A DNA stretch of 63,960 nucleotides, filler included, from Octopus bimaculoides (GCF_001194135.2; 9 parts of 9 records of this genome joined end to end with filler, not necessarily neighbours in it), one strand, 5' to 3'; positions 25,441 through 38,569 are shown, counted from the whole stretch's first letter. A program made the numbers and translations. The notes: generated from the letters alone by a model not told the origin.

Positions 25441-25592
25441 TAGTATTCAAATACAAGGGGCATTTTCCTTGTTTCTGCCTGTCTCTGTCTCTCTTGTTAA
25501 CTCTTGTGGGTTCAAAGTCGAACCCACGAGAGTAAACAAGAGAGACAGAGACAGGCAGAAACAAGGAAAATGCCCCTTGTATTTGAATACTA
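25441..25592. repeat. 152-bp palindrome (73-bp arms, 6-nt loop, 2 differences)
   Basis: TAGTATTCAAATACAAGGGGCATTTTCC...GTGGGTTC-AAAGTC-GAACCCAC...GGAAAATGCCCCTTGTATTTGAATACTA. Confidence 0.92.
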
Positions 25593-25664
25593 TGCAAATA
25601 TTCTTTTAAAAACTTTTCATTTAATTGTTTTCCATACTTACAGTTGAAAAAGTCTCAATGACTG

Positions 25665-26191
25665 ATATCCATTGACCCAATTTGCTGACTTTTCCAATGG
25701 CACCCAGGTGTCGATGAATGCTTGAATGACCAAATCCAAGCTTTTCTGCTAGTTTCTCAACAGTTATGATAGCATTTTGTTCCACCAGGGTTTTCAGGAT
25801 GTCCTCGTCGAGTTCTACAGATCTTCCAGGATGAGGCTTGTCTTCTAGGCTGTAGTTTCTGGCTTGGAATCTCTAGAACCACCGTCGACACAGGCTTACA
25901 CTTATTGTCTGATCCCAATATGCTGTTATTAACGTTCTACGTACTTCCTGTTACGTTGTTGCTTTTCTTCAACTCCTGAAACAAAATGTGCTTTTGTCAC
26001 TTCCATTATAGCTTTGAAAAAATAACTGTTAAAATCGAACTGCACTCTTCAAAATGTGCACTAAGAATAAGCACAAGGTAAAATTACTACTTGCTTTTAT
26101 AGCACGTTGATGCAGGTAGTTTATCCTATCTCCCTCCGACTTTTAGTTCATACAATTGAAAAAGCCACAGTATTTATGGAATGAGCCAATA
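25665..26191 (-). mobile_element. Mariner 5' fragment: TIR-like end plus N-terminal HTH of the transposase
   Basis: Minus strand reads SVSLCRRWF*RFQARNYSLEDKPHPGRSVELDEDILKTLVEQNAIITVEKLAEKLGFGHSSIHRHLGAIGKVSKLGQW; end TATTGGCTCATTCCATAAATACTG. Confidence 0.85.
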
Positions 26192-27361
26192 TATGTGTGT
26201 GTTGGCTGTGTAGTAAGTAGCTTGCTTACCAACCACATGGTTCCGGGTTCAGTCTCACTGTGTGGTACCTTGGGCAAGTGTCTTCTACTATAGCCTTGGG
26301 CTGACCAAAGCCTTGTCAGTGGATTTGGTAGTATTTACAGGATGAGCCAATATACATATCTGTGTGTGTGTGTGTGTGTGTNNNNNNNNNNNNNNNNNNN
26401 NNNNNNNNNNNNNNNNNNNNNNNNNNNNNNNNNNNNNNNNNNNNNNNNNNNNNNNNNNNNNNNNNNNNNNNNNNNNNNNNNNNNNNNNNNNNNNNNNNNN
26501 NNNNNNNNNNNNNNNNNNNNNNNNNNNNNNNNNNNNNNNNNNNNNNNNNNNNNNNNNNNNNNNNNNNNNNNNNNNNNNNNNNNNNNNNNNNNNNNNNNNN
26601 NNNNNNNNNNNNNNNNNNNNNNNNNNNNNNNNNNNNNNNNNNNNNNNNNNNNNNNNNNNNNNNNNNNNNNNNNNNNNNNNNNNNNNNNNNNNNNNNNNNN
26701 NNNNNNNNNNNNNNNNNNNNNNNNNNNNNNNNNNNNNNNNNNNNNNNNNNNNNNNNNNNNNNNNNNNNNNNNNNNNNNNNNNNNNNNNNNNNNNNNNNNN
26801 NNNNNNNNNNNNNNNNNNNNNNNNNNNNNNNNNNNNNNNNNNNNNNNNNNNNNNNNNNNNNNNNNNNNNNNNNNNNNNNNNNNNNNNNNNNNNNNNNNNN
26901 NNNNNNNNNNNNNNNNNNNNNNNNNNNNNNNNNNNNNNNNNNNNNNNNNNNNNNNNNNNNNNNNNNNNNNNNNNNNNNNNNNNNNNNNNNNNNNNNNNNN
27001 NNNNNNNNNNNNNNNNNNNNNNNNNNNNNNNNNNNNNNNNNNNNNNNNNNNNNNNNNNNNNNNNNNNNNNNNNNNNNNNNNNNNNNNNNNNNNNNNNNNN
27101 NNNNNNNNNNNNNNNNNNNNNNNNNNNNNNNNNNNNNNNNNNNNNNNNNNNNNNNNNNNNNNNNNNNNNNNNNNNNNNNNNNNNNNNNNNNNNNNNNNNN
27201 NNNNNNNNNNNNNNNNNNNNNNNNNNNNNNNNNNNNNNNNNNNNNNNNNNNNNNNNNNNNNNNNNNNNNNNNNNNNNNNNNNNNNNNNNNNNNNNNNNNN
27301 NNNNNNNNNNNNNNNNNNNNNNNNNNNNNNNNNNNNNNNNNNNNNNNNNNNNNNNNNNNNN

Positions 27362-27393
<32 letters not shown>

Positions 27394-27591
27394 CGATGAT
27401 GATGATGATGATGATGATGATATACATACAAATGTATGTGTATTTTTTCAATTTGTACAAATGACATGGAAAAAATAAATAAATAATTACCTGGGTAGCA
27501 AAAATTCACATAAGTGCCAAGGATGTTATAGCCTACTTATAAAGGTTGAAATTCCAGGGTTAAGTGCAATGTTTTTGTATAACATAGATAA

Positions 27592-27848
27592 ATTAAGAAA
27601 TGGAGTTGAATGCAGATTTTATTCAAATCTTTATACTTCCGACACATGTTTTGAAGAAAACATTGGTATTATTCCTGAGGAAATAAAATGGTGTAAAACA
27701 AAGTAACCATCTCATTTTTCCTTGATGAAATGATTACATTGTTTTACATAATTTTATTCCCTCAGGAATAATACCAATGTTTTCTTTGAGACATATGTCA
27801 GAAGTATAAAGATTTGAATAACACCTGCGTTTAACTCCATTTCTTAAT
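27592..27848. repeat. 257-bp palindromic (foldback/MITE-like) element, 98-bp arms about 90% complementary
   Basis: ATTAAGAAATGGAGTT...CCTGAGGAAATAAAAT versus ATTTTATTCCCTCAGG...AACTCCATTTCTTAAT. Confidence 0.88.
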
Positions 27849-27893
27849 GTATGTATGTATGTATGTATGTATGTATGTATGTATGTATGTATG

Positions 27894-27924
<31 letters not shown>

Positions 27925-28024
27925 NNNNNNNNNNNNNNNNNNNNNNNNNNNNNNNNNNNNNNNNNNNNTTAATTAATTAANNNNNNNNNNNNNNNNNNNN
28001 NNNNNNNNNNNNNNNNNNNNNNNN

Positions 28025-28862
28025 TTTTAAAAAAGATTGTTAAATTTTCAGATTATCACCCGTACGATTTTCACTACAGTGTTAGGGTTAGGGTTTGTTA
28101 GGGTTAGGTAGGTAATGATGCGGGTGTTAATCTCAAGATTTACGAAAAGATTTTTAAAAAAAACTCACAGTTTGTAGGGAATAAATGTTTGTTGATCGTA
28201 TTTGAGAAAGATGTCTCGCTGGTAAATGACGGTGTTAGAAATGGAAAGTAAACTTATAATTCCCGCCAATTAGAATGAGGTCATTGGTAACCATAGATAC
28301 ATATATATGTGTGTATTTACGTATGATTGGTAGTGTGTCTGTTTATTTGACTCTCACTCTCCTTCATTTCTTTGTCTTTTTTCTTGGATAATTCGTAAAC
28401 GTTGATAAGAGAAAGTTGCAATTGAAACGATGTGTAAGAGGAATAGAAATAGTTAATTTTAGAGGGGCAAAGTAATTTTGTATGTACTTTTAGTATCTGT
28501 CATTACAGTATCGAAATGTGATTTGATACTGAAATAGTTTTCTTTTTCTCCTTTCTGTATTTTTGTATGTGTTCTTTGATTTTTCGTAAAGGCTCATTAA
28601 GAGAAAGTAGGAGTTGAAAGGATTTGTATTAGAAAGAGGACATTAGATTTTATTAGGGAGAAAATGTTTACTTGTGTAGTTTTAAGGATTTTATTCGCTA
28701 TTAGGAATTTTTTGGAGTGAAAAAATGACGCAGTGACCTAACTTATTGTATTTAGAATATTAATTGCGACTGTTTAATCGAAGAAATTTGGAATTGTGTA
28801 AATGTATGAATTTTAAACACACACACACACACACAGAGTAGATTTGCCTTTTATAGTATAGA
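28025..28862 (-). mobile_element. Helitron-like non-autonomous element, 5' end, containing TTAGGG-like repeats
   Basis: Minus strand starts A|TCTATACTATAAAAGGCAAATC (TC terminus after A); GTTAGGGTTAGGG tract at 28081-28112; cut by the spacer. Confidence 0.45.
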
Positions 28863-29107
28863 TATATGTGTTGTGTGTGTTTCCATGTCCGTGCGTGTAC
28901 ATATGTAAAATGAAATGGTTAAACATGGGTATAATTCCGGGCGGAATACTTTTAAGCACTCTACAGATGAAAATACACCACACGAAGTCTGTTGATATTA
29001 TTCTACTCCATCACCAATCACATTTGGAAATCCGTAGTTGCATTACCCCGTTAAAGCCGTACGTTCTTAACATAGTGATAGATGAAATAGACAGAATTAG
29101 TGAGATA

Positions 29108-29324
29108 TTCTTTTATCATTTTATTTGTTTCAGTATTTTTATTGCGGCAATGCTGGAGCACCGCCTTTAGTCGAACAAATTGACCCCAAGACTTATTCTT
29201 TGTAAACCTAATACTTATTCCCACGGTCTCTTTTGCCGAATTGCTAGGTTACGGTGACGTAAACAAACCAACATCGGTTGTCAAGTGATGGATAGGGGAC
29301 AAACACAAACATATACATATATGC

Positions 29325-29355
<31 letters not shown>

Positions 29356-29605
29356 NNNNNNNNNNNNNNNNNNNNNNNNNNNNNNNNNNNNNNNNNNNNN
29401 NNNNNNNNNNNNNNNNNNNNNNNNNNNNNNNNNNNNNNNNNNNNNNNNNNNNNNNNNNNNNNNNNNNNNNNNNNNNNNNNNNNNNNNNNNNNNNNNNNNN
29501 NNNNNNNNNNNNNNNNNNNNNNNNNNNNNNNNNNNNNNNNNNNNNNNNNNNNNNNNNNNNNNNNNNNNNNNNNNNNNNNNNNNNNNNNNNNNNNNNNNNN
29601 NNNNN

Positions 29606-29636
<31 letters not shown>

Positions 29637-29690
29637 CGGGCTACTTTCAGTTTCCGTCTACCAAATTCACTCACGAGGCTTTGGTACGTT
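29108..29690 (-). mobile_element. SINE family A copy spanning a gap
   Basis: Tail before the gap and head remnant after it, in reverse orientation. Confidence 0.75.
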
Positions 29691-32136
29691 TTGCAAAAAA
29701 AAAAAAAGGCTTATAGATTAAGTACTAGAATTAAAAATAGATACTGGGATCGATTTGTTTGACTATAACCTTTCAAGACTGTACACTAGCATGGCCGTAC
29801 TGTAATGACTGAAACAAGTAAAGATCTACCGAAAGAGATCTGCCTTTTGACGCAAGAAATATGCATAGGACGTAGTTGAAGACATTATGAGGGAAATATA
29901 TAATCAGTTATTCAACTTAAATTTTATAAATAAGTTTCGTATGGTTGTTGGCGACTCATAGCCAAAGAATAACTATTGTATTTTATTATTCAAAAGAGAA
30001 GATTGTGGCCTTCAGTTGCACAACATAACATAATAGCGTTTTGTATTTACCCGTATCAGATTTACAAAATATATACATGCTGCAAAAAAAAAATGTATAT
30101 TACATTAATATAACATAACTATAAACAAGAAGCGTTTTATCCTTATGAACTAATTTCATTATATTACATTCATTAATAAACTTAAGAATCATGACATTGA
30201 CTTACGGCATCTACGTAAACTTAATTAACTATTTATTCATTTAATTTCAAGAATAAATTCTAAACGACTTACAGTTCCTTCTTCAATATTATTCACATAG
30301 TTCATTATATGCCTAAACATCTTGTATTTATGTCTTCTCTTCCACAAACACACACACATACATGTACGCACGTACGCGCACACACACACACGTGATTTTA
30401 TGTATCTGCAATCTTCTCATATTTTTCAATAGCTATTTCATTGTTTTTCCCCCGTTGCGACATTTCCAGATATATCTCTGCTTGAATAGCACTTGCTTTA
30501 ATATATTAAAAATATTTTCAAAATGAATCTCTAGTGTGCCTGCAGAGGATATTGCATTATTCAATCTGTGTTCAAATAACACCTATTCATTTTATTTTAG
30601 CTCAAATTTGAACACAAACATGTGCACATATACACACATAATTATACACAAACACACGCAAACACACACACACGCATATATATATATATATATATANNNN
30701 NNNNNNNNNNNNNNNNNNNNNNNNNNNNNNNNNNNNNNNNNNNNNNNNNNNNNNNNNNNNNNNNNNNNNNNNNNNNNNNNNNNNNNNNNNNNNNNNNNTA
30801 TATTTACTAGCAAGTGCAACCGTCATTTGGGTGGTATAATTATTATAATGGCGCAGTACTGTAGACAGCTTACGTTGAAATAGCCCACGCAGTTAGAAGT
30901 CGTTTCAAGTTGGTAAGCGTAAAATGTATCATTACCATTTTCGTTATCAGTTTATGATAGGGTATTAAGAAACTTAGGTAACGTTTAATTTTTTTTAATA
31001 CAAATTTAGCAGTTAGTAATAAGTAAAAGTCCATGAAATGCGATCACAATTTCAGCAGGCATTAGGGATCCTATATCTTATTTGAAGAGTTTTGTACCTT
31101 GTACTTATTTTCCGTGTAATACCTGACACAACCGCATTGAAGCTTTTGTTTCCAATGATAGTCATGTATGGTAAAGAAGAGCAAATATTTCTGTCAAACA
31201 CACAAATAAAATAACGGCATGTACAAAAATAAATGCCAGAGCTATCACTCTTTCCTTCTCTCTCACTCACACACACAGAGAGCAAGACACCTCTCTCTCT
31301 CTCTCTGACAGCCCACCTCACTCTCAATCTCTCGCAGTCAAGCACGAAAAAAGATGCGAGAAAAAGTAAATATATAAAATTTACGATCTCTCTCTCTCAC
31401 ACACACACACAAAGCGATACATACTCACTCACACACACTCTCTCACTCTTTCCAAGAATACACCTCTCTGTCTCTCTCTCAGTCAATCACTCACCCACTC
31501 ACTCAAAAAAGATGCGAGGCAAGATAAGTAAAAAAAAATACTGTTCTCTGCCACACTCACACACACACATTCACACACATCTTCTTTTTCTCTCCCTCTC
31601 TCACTCACATACACACAACACATACTTCCTGTCTCCCACCTGTCATTAACACATAGACCCATCCCTGTCAATTTTCTGTCTCTTTCATTTTATACTGACA
31701 TCAAACGAAATGTACATTTCAAGCCACAGAAAAAAAAATTACGGAATTTACCGAACGCCGTATAGTAACTGCTGAGCTTGTTGTCTACAATGTACTGTTT
31801 GAGTTTAGAGATGTTGTAGGATGAGTCATTGAGAGTGAGGTGTTGGGCAAACATACATACACCTCGGTGTGAAGGAGACAATAACTTTCTGACAGTTACT
31901 TCGCAAAGAGTTACATCCCTTGTCCACAATAGTCACTGTAGGTTTTACTGACCTTCTGAAATTAGATGTCCCATCACTACATATTACTCCACAAGTGAAA
32001 ACTCTAAAGAGTGTAGAACGTTTTGTGGAACATAAGTGACATATTAGCCGAGCATGAACGAAATCGGATGAAAAATATTGATTTTACAATGGATAAACCG
32101 AATGGTTGGTGGCAGTCACATATTAACCTACACTCA

Positions 32137-32168
<32 letters not shown>

Positions 32169-32382
32169 NNNNNNNNNNNNNNNNNNNNNNNNNNNNNNNN
32201 NNNNNNNNNNNNNNNNNNNNNNNNNNNNNNNNNNNNNNNNNNNNNNNNNNNNNNNNNNNNNNNNNNNNNNNNNNNNNNNNNNNNNNNNNNNNNNNNNNNN
32301 NNNNNNNNNNNNNNNNNNNNNNNNNNNNNNNNNNNNNNNNNNNNNNNNNNNNNNNNNNNNNNNNNNNNNNCAGTAATATATA

Positions 32383-32416
<34 letters not shown>

Positions 32417-32446
32417 CATGTATGTATATATACTGGTTTGGACAAT

Positions 32447-34016
32447 ATGCATTACATAGGAAAATGTCAGCAAGAGAAATAATATTCTTAAGATTATAAA
32501 TTTGGAAAAGTACAGGAGACAAGTTATTAGAAGCGGAAAAGTTCAGGACAAGTTATTACATCTGTTAAAGTATAGAACAAGAAAGATTTTACTTAACAAA
32601 TTGAAGCTAAGGACAACAATTTCAAGTAAAATAGTTAGGTTTAGAAAATATCATTAATACTATAAATTTTATTACAAGGTATTACTTATATTCGTTATTA
32701 CTTGTTACTTCTTCTAAAAATAAATAAGTAACTTAATTAAAATATTTTTTGCACCTTAACAAAAATCTATTTTTTAATCAGCAATTAATAATTAGAAATT
32801 TGAAAATAGGCTATAAAATATAATGGTAGTACATAATTAGCTAGTACAATAAATAGAAAAACACAAAAATTCACAGTAAAATTTGATTGAGTTATTGTTT
32901 AAGTTATTATCATGTTGTCACATATTTGGTCTTGACACAATGCCTATTTTTTTACATAATGAATTTGCCTACCATATATACTTGTCTACGTTGCATAAAA
33001 CTTTAGTTATATTGGTACTTCTGGCTCTCATTTTTTCAGTATTCTAGTGTGTCAATATTTGAACAAAATGATAGTACCTTTTTTAATTATAATTTTACTT
33101 TGTAAATTAAAATCAAATTATTTTTAATATTCAAATTTTATCTTTTCTACTCTAGGCACAAATCCCGAAATGTTGGTGGAAGGGGCGCCTGGCACTTAAT
33201 TTATCGACCTCGAAAGGAGGAAAGGCAAAGTCGACCTCGGCGGAATTTGAACTCAGAAGGTAAAGATAGACGAAATACCTATTTCGTTATTGCCCACAAG
33301 GGGCTAAACATAGAGGGAACAAACAAGAACAGACGAACGGATTAAGTCGATTACATCAACCCCAGTGCGTAACTGGTACTTAATTTATCGACCCCGAAAG
33401 GATGAAAGGCAAAGTCGACCTCGGCGGAATTTGAACTCAGNNNNNNNNNNNNNNNNNNNNNNNNNNNNNNNNNNNNNNNNNNNNNNNNNNNNNNNNNNNN
33501 NNNNNNNNNNNNNNNNNNNNTAACCTGACGAAGTACCGTTAATCATTTCGTCCGGCCTGCTAACGTATTTGCCAGCTCGCCGCCTTTGTCCCATGTCCCA
33601 TGTCCCATATAATATTACTTCCCTTTGAACGCGGTGAGCTGGCAGGAACGTTAGCACGCCGGGAGAAATGCTTAGCGGTATTTTCTCTCTCCTCGTGTTC
33701 TGAGTTCAAATTCCGTGGAGTTCTTTACTTTTCATCCTTTGGGAATCGATAAATTAAGTACCAGTTGCGTACTGGAATCGATCTAATCGACTGGCACCCC
33801 TTTCCAAAAATTTCAGGCTTTGTGCCTAGAGTAGAAAATGATATTCAAATGTTATCATTAGCTGCAATATTTTAAGTAAAAAAAATTGCTGTGTACTTAA
33901 CCAGATGTAATAACTTGTCCTGAACTTTTCTAAGTTTAATAACTTGTCCTGTACTTTTCCAGATTTATAATCTTAAGAATAGTATTTCTCTTGCTCGCAT
34001 TTTCCATGTAATACAT
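32447..34016. mobile_element. Foldback/TIR element with about 150-bp inverted arms and internal SINE insertions
   Basis: 32447-32597 (ATGCATTACATAGGAAAATG...GGACAAGTTATTACATCTG) is the reverse complement of 33872-34016. Confidence 0.75.
33145..33840. mobile_element. Cluster of SINE family C copies (minus 33145-33590, plus 33630-33840)
   Basis: GGCAAAGTCGACCTCGGCGGAATTTGAACTCAG occurs twice in reverse, and one forward copy follows. Confidence 0.8.
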
Positions 34017-34929
34017 GTTTTTTCCATGCTATGCTATTATGCTAATCAATAATGTGTCAAATGTATCAATTATCTTTGTCGTTGATAATTATTTCCTTAC
34101 CCCAATGATGCTAGTGATATATATTAAAAGTCCCCTTATAGAACTATATTCATAAAAACGTATTGAACAATATTATCACACAGAAGTTTGAGAAACAAAC
34201 ACTCATAACTTTTTTCCTTTTAAAACTTCCTTGCATATCATTGATATCATGAAATTCCTCGAATTCAGCTCTATCATTTTAAGCTTAATTAAATTATAGT
34301 TTGTTTTTTTAAATAAAAATGTTAATTATACTTAAATCCAAGTTTTTTGCCTTATACTTTTTCATGATATTTTACCTCACAATGCTTTTGATACAAATGT
34401 TTGCTGCATGGTACCGAAACTATGAAATTCTTCATGATTTCTTCTGTCATTCAAGCTAAGATAAATATATTTTACTTTTAAAATAATAAACTTGGTTGGT
34501 GACGTTACTTACGCTCTTATGATGTTGCTACAACTTTTGGTGTAAACTTTTTTCTACTGGACCAAATCTCAATTTTTATGCCAAAATGTAGCTAGGGACC
34601 CGTCCACTTCAAGAATGTTAAGAATTTTTTCACTTTGGTTAAGAACTGAATTAGCGACAAGCTCTGAAAGATGCTGCGTGTGAGTAAATTGCGGTCTTAG
34701 GAATATTATTCAACTACTACCTTAGTTGAATGGTAATCTGTTCGTTTCTTTTAAGCGAAAATGTGACACAAATTTTAATGAAAACATGATTACGTCAATC
34801 AATGATATAATCACCGCTTTGTTTCAGTATCTTTTGCCCTTGTGTGGGCAGATCCATTATTGCCTGCGAAAAGAAATTCCTGGGTGTACTGGCAAAAAAC
34901 TCCTACATGTGAATATTTTCATCCACTTC

Positions 34930-35260
34930 GGAGTTAGAGTTCTGTACACTCAATGAATTTGAAGAGACTGACACAGGCAGACATCTGAAGCTGCAAGGTG
35001 GAAGGTGTGGCAAAACCTCTCAGCCAAGCCCAGTATTTTCTACGTTCGCAAACAAATGTGTGGCCTAGCATTGTCATGATGAGAGACAGCGCACTACGAT
35101 TAACAAGTTCTGGGTGTTTGTTGTACATCACTGCGTTTAAGGTGTCCAGCTTGTCACTATATAAATCCGAATTGATGGTCTGTCTATGGAACAAGCTCTT
35201 AAAACCATACTCTAAATTCATATATTTTCTTCGAGTGAAGTCATGCTTTGGATATTGGTT
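34930..35260 (-). mobile_element. Mariner transposase catalytic-domain fragment
   Basis: QTINSDLYSDKLDTLNAVMYNKHPELVNR, and in a shifted frame HHDNARPH. Confidence 0.85.
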
Positions 35261-36080
35261 GTGCTAATTCACTGTGTGTCTCCCGATGATTATTAACACT
35301 TTACATTTTTATAGAGGATAAATGCTTAATTTTCAGCTACCATTCTTACCAAAAAAGGATAGTTTTCATGTTCACACAGAAAAACTACAACGTGTCTAGT
35401 CGCAAATTCCCATCAAATTACGTATATAGTATATAACAATGTCCATGGTCGAGAACAAACATAAATTAGCTCCTTATTTGAGTGCTTGATGTTTAGTGTC
35501 AACAAAATCAAAGGGACATTTTAAACTACTCTTTATATATGCATGTGTGTGATTTCCTATGTAGGTATGTATATATGTATGTATGTATATATGTATGTAT
35601 GTATGCATGAATGTATGTATGCATGTATGTATGTGCATATGAATTTGTGTTTCAAATGTCTTCTTAGGATAAATATGGTGATTTTGTTTCTGTTTAGACG
35701 CGTGAGTTTCATGATATGTATATGGGTATTAAGGAGTCACATTAAGTCAGATATTAGTTGATCTGACGTATCAGTTATATAGCCTGGTATAAGTTGTATT
35801 TGAAAGTAAGAAAGAGATGAGTATGGTGCGAAATGTAAATCGAAGAAAAAAATTCAGGATTTGGCGAGTAGCAGCAGAAGAAAATACATGTGGGGAAAAT
35901 GAAATGAGTGAAGAAAGATGCTTTCAGTGATCTTAAGTGGAAGGTCTTCTTGCTGATATCCAGGAGAAATATATGAATAGGACTTTATGTTTGAAATTTC
36001 ATATGCAGTAAGAACCCTTTTCCAAGAGATGAGTGAATAAATTGTGTAGCAATAAGATATAAATATTAATATATGTGTGC

Positions 36081-36125
<45 letters not shown>

Positions 36126-37355
36126 GAAATATATATAGTTCAGATGACTTTGATTGGTTTCGGCCATTATCGGCCCAGGCCACGACAAACTCAGTAATAC
36201 CACATGGAAAACTATTTTAATTGGTTATTTTGGGACACCATGGACCACTTAAGCGGAGGGTTGCTGTTAGCTGAGACGTATCTAGGTACAGGTAGCTTAT
36301 CCGTTATTTCCCGGATGAATTTGTCCATGTACCGTTTGGAAGTTGTTGAGTCTTTTTTGTATATGTATATGTATGTATATANNNNNNNNNNNNNNNNNNN
36401 NNNNNNNNNNNNNNNNNNNNNNNNNNNNNNNNNNNNNNNNNNNNNNNNNNNNNNNNNNNNNNNNNNNNNNNNNNNNNNNNNNNNNNNNNNNNNTATATAT
36501 ATATGAAGACATGCATGCATACATAGAAAGATGCATACACATGTTTGAAGGTATACGTATATTCATATGTATTGCAAAACTGATTTCGATGCCATTAGAA
36601 CTCAGAAGTAAGTTGCGCATACAGTTTGTCCAACGCTCCTATATGACAATATACCATCTATTATAGGTAGATGAAGTTAACAACTTAACAGTTTTATATT
36701 TCAAAAAATTAATTTTAAAGAGTTTAACCTACATGTATCATATGGCAGTATGAACTTTACCTTGATTTCTGTAATTTACTTCATCTACATATCAAGTTCT
36801 TCTACGTGTTTGTATCTATTGCCAAATTTATTGCAGTTCATTGGTGATTTGTATCGTTAAACAACCTACGTTGATTTTTTTTTTTGACACATTCATCTAA
36901 CTCTAGAAATCTAGATGGACAACCATATTAACAGGACGGGCACTTGGTTGAGTATCTCTCCGAATGGAATTATTTTTCTCTAAAAAGCTTCCTAAATCAG
37001 TTATCTAATGTTATAAAAATGTTAAAGAATGAATGTATACATATCTATATATGACGTATGACGAAAGACGAACGTTGTCAGAAAGAACCCAATTTTCTGT
37101 CATCGACTCATTCGCAGTTTAATTACTCAGCTTTTTCTCTCAAGTACCACCGTTTTCTCATAAATTTTTCTCTGTCCATCTAATTACTTATCTGTCTGTC
37201 CGTATGTATGTATATCTGCCTGCCTGTCTGTCTGATTATCTCCAGCTTTCCTCTTTATCTATCTATCTATCTATCTATATATGTGTGTATTTATCTATCT
37301 ATCGATCTATCTGACTTCTGCCTTTCTCTGTATATATATATATGTGTGTACAGAA

Positions 37356-37388
<33 letters not shown>

Positions 37389-37411
37389 AAGAGAGAGAGA
37401 GNNNNNNNNNN

Positions 37412-37455
<44 letters not shown>

Positions 37456-37599
37456 AAAAAGGGGAGTTAATAATTCCTGGTAGATATGAAGTCAGAGCCC
37501 AGCGTAAAAGTAATAAGATTAAATTTTCAACAAGTAGAAACCAATAAATATATGAAGAATACAAATTCCAGGTAAATCCTCATGTTTTTCTTCTTTAGA

Positions 37600-38569
37600 T
37601 ATTCAGTGACGTCATGGCATGAAACCGAATATTTCATGTCTGTTATGCAAACCATATGCCAGAAATATGTCCCAGAGCACAAAGCCGACACGAAAAGGAA
37701 CAAGATTCCAAGGGAGAGGAAGATCCTCATAAGACGTCGGACGAATGTTGCAAATGGCTTCAACCAACATTACAAAAGTAGTAAAAAGTCCCGCCTAACA
37801 GCAACACTGATGGAGATTGAAAACAAGCCTGCAACAATTCTATGTGAGGAAGAGTGTAGACAAAGAAGCTTGGGTTATAAAAAATATTAAGTCAAACCCA
37901 AAGTCCTTCTTTCATTATGCCAAAGAAACAGACTCAGTGCGCTGCAAAATAGGACCCCTCTACCAAAATGATGACTCCCTCAGGATCAGTGAAGTACTGA
38001 ATGATAAGTTCAAAAGTGTCTTTACTACCCCGTTGGAACAGAGACAAGTGAACGAACTAGTGGATTTCTTTGCCGCCTCACCTATAACCAGCGAGGCAGT
38101 TAAGATGGATTACATCGACATTAGCGAACAAGATATACTACTAGCCATAGATGAGGTGGACCGAACTCAACCGCTGGTCCTGATGGTCTCCCAGCAATTC
38201 TCCACAAATCGTGTAAACGTGCCCTGGCGAAGCCTCTACATATACTCTCGCAGAGCTTTCTTGCAAATGGCAAGCTGCCAAGCAAACTGAAGGAGGGAAT
38301 AATATGCCCAATACATAAAGGAGGAAGCACATGAGATGCCCAAAACTATAGGCCTACAAATCAGCAAAGTCATGGAATGGATAATCAGAGGGAAACTAAT
38401 GGCATTCCTCAAAGAAAGCAACTTGCTGAGTTATACTCAGCATGGCTTTCGACCAGATTGGAGCTGCCTGACCCAGCTCTTACAGCAGTATGACTCAGTG
38501 TTGAAGCTGTTGCGCAAAACCTCAAATGTTGACGTAATATACCTTCACTTTGCAAAAGCTTTTGATAAA
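37600..38569 (+). mobile_element. CR1-group LINE ORF2 fragment, frameshifted, running into a gap
   Basis: IKSNPKSFFHYAK, AGPDG, IHKGGS, SKVMEWII, QHGFRPDWSCLTQLL, DVIYLHFAKAFDK. Confidence 0.9.

Noticed and set aside
31690-32060. LINE 3' end on the minus strand
   Set aside because: Only a vague WNSL-like trace after assumed indels; too decayed to call.
34480-34670. Minus-strand exon with good acceptor and GTAAGT donor
   Set aside because: All three frames contain stops between the splice sites.
36140-36200. Hammerhead-like GGCC-loop-GGCC-GAAAC on the minus strand (similar partial cores at about 3640-3670 and 12425-12445)
   Set aside because: The CUGANGA box is missing or broken, so these are at best dead remnants.
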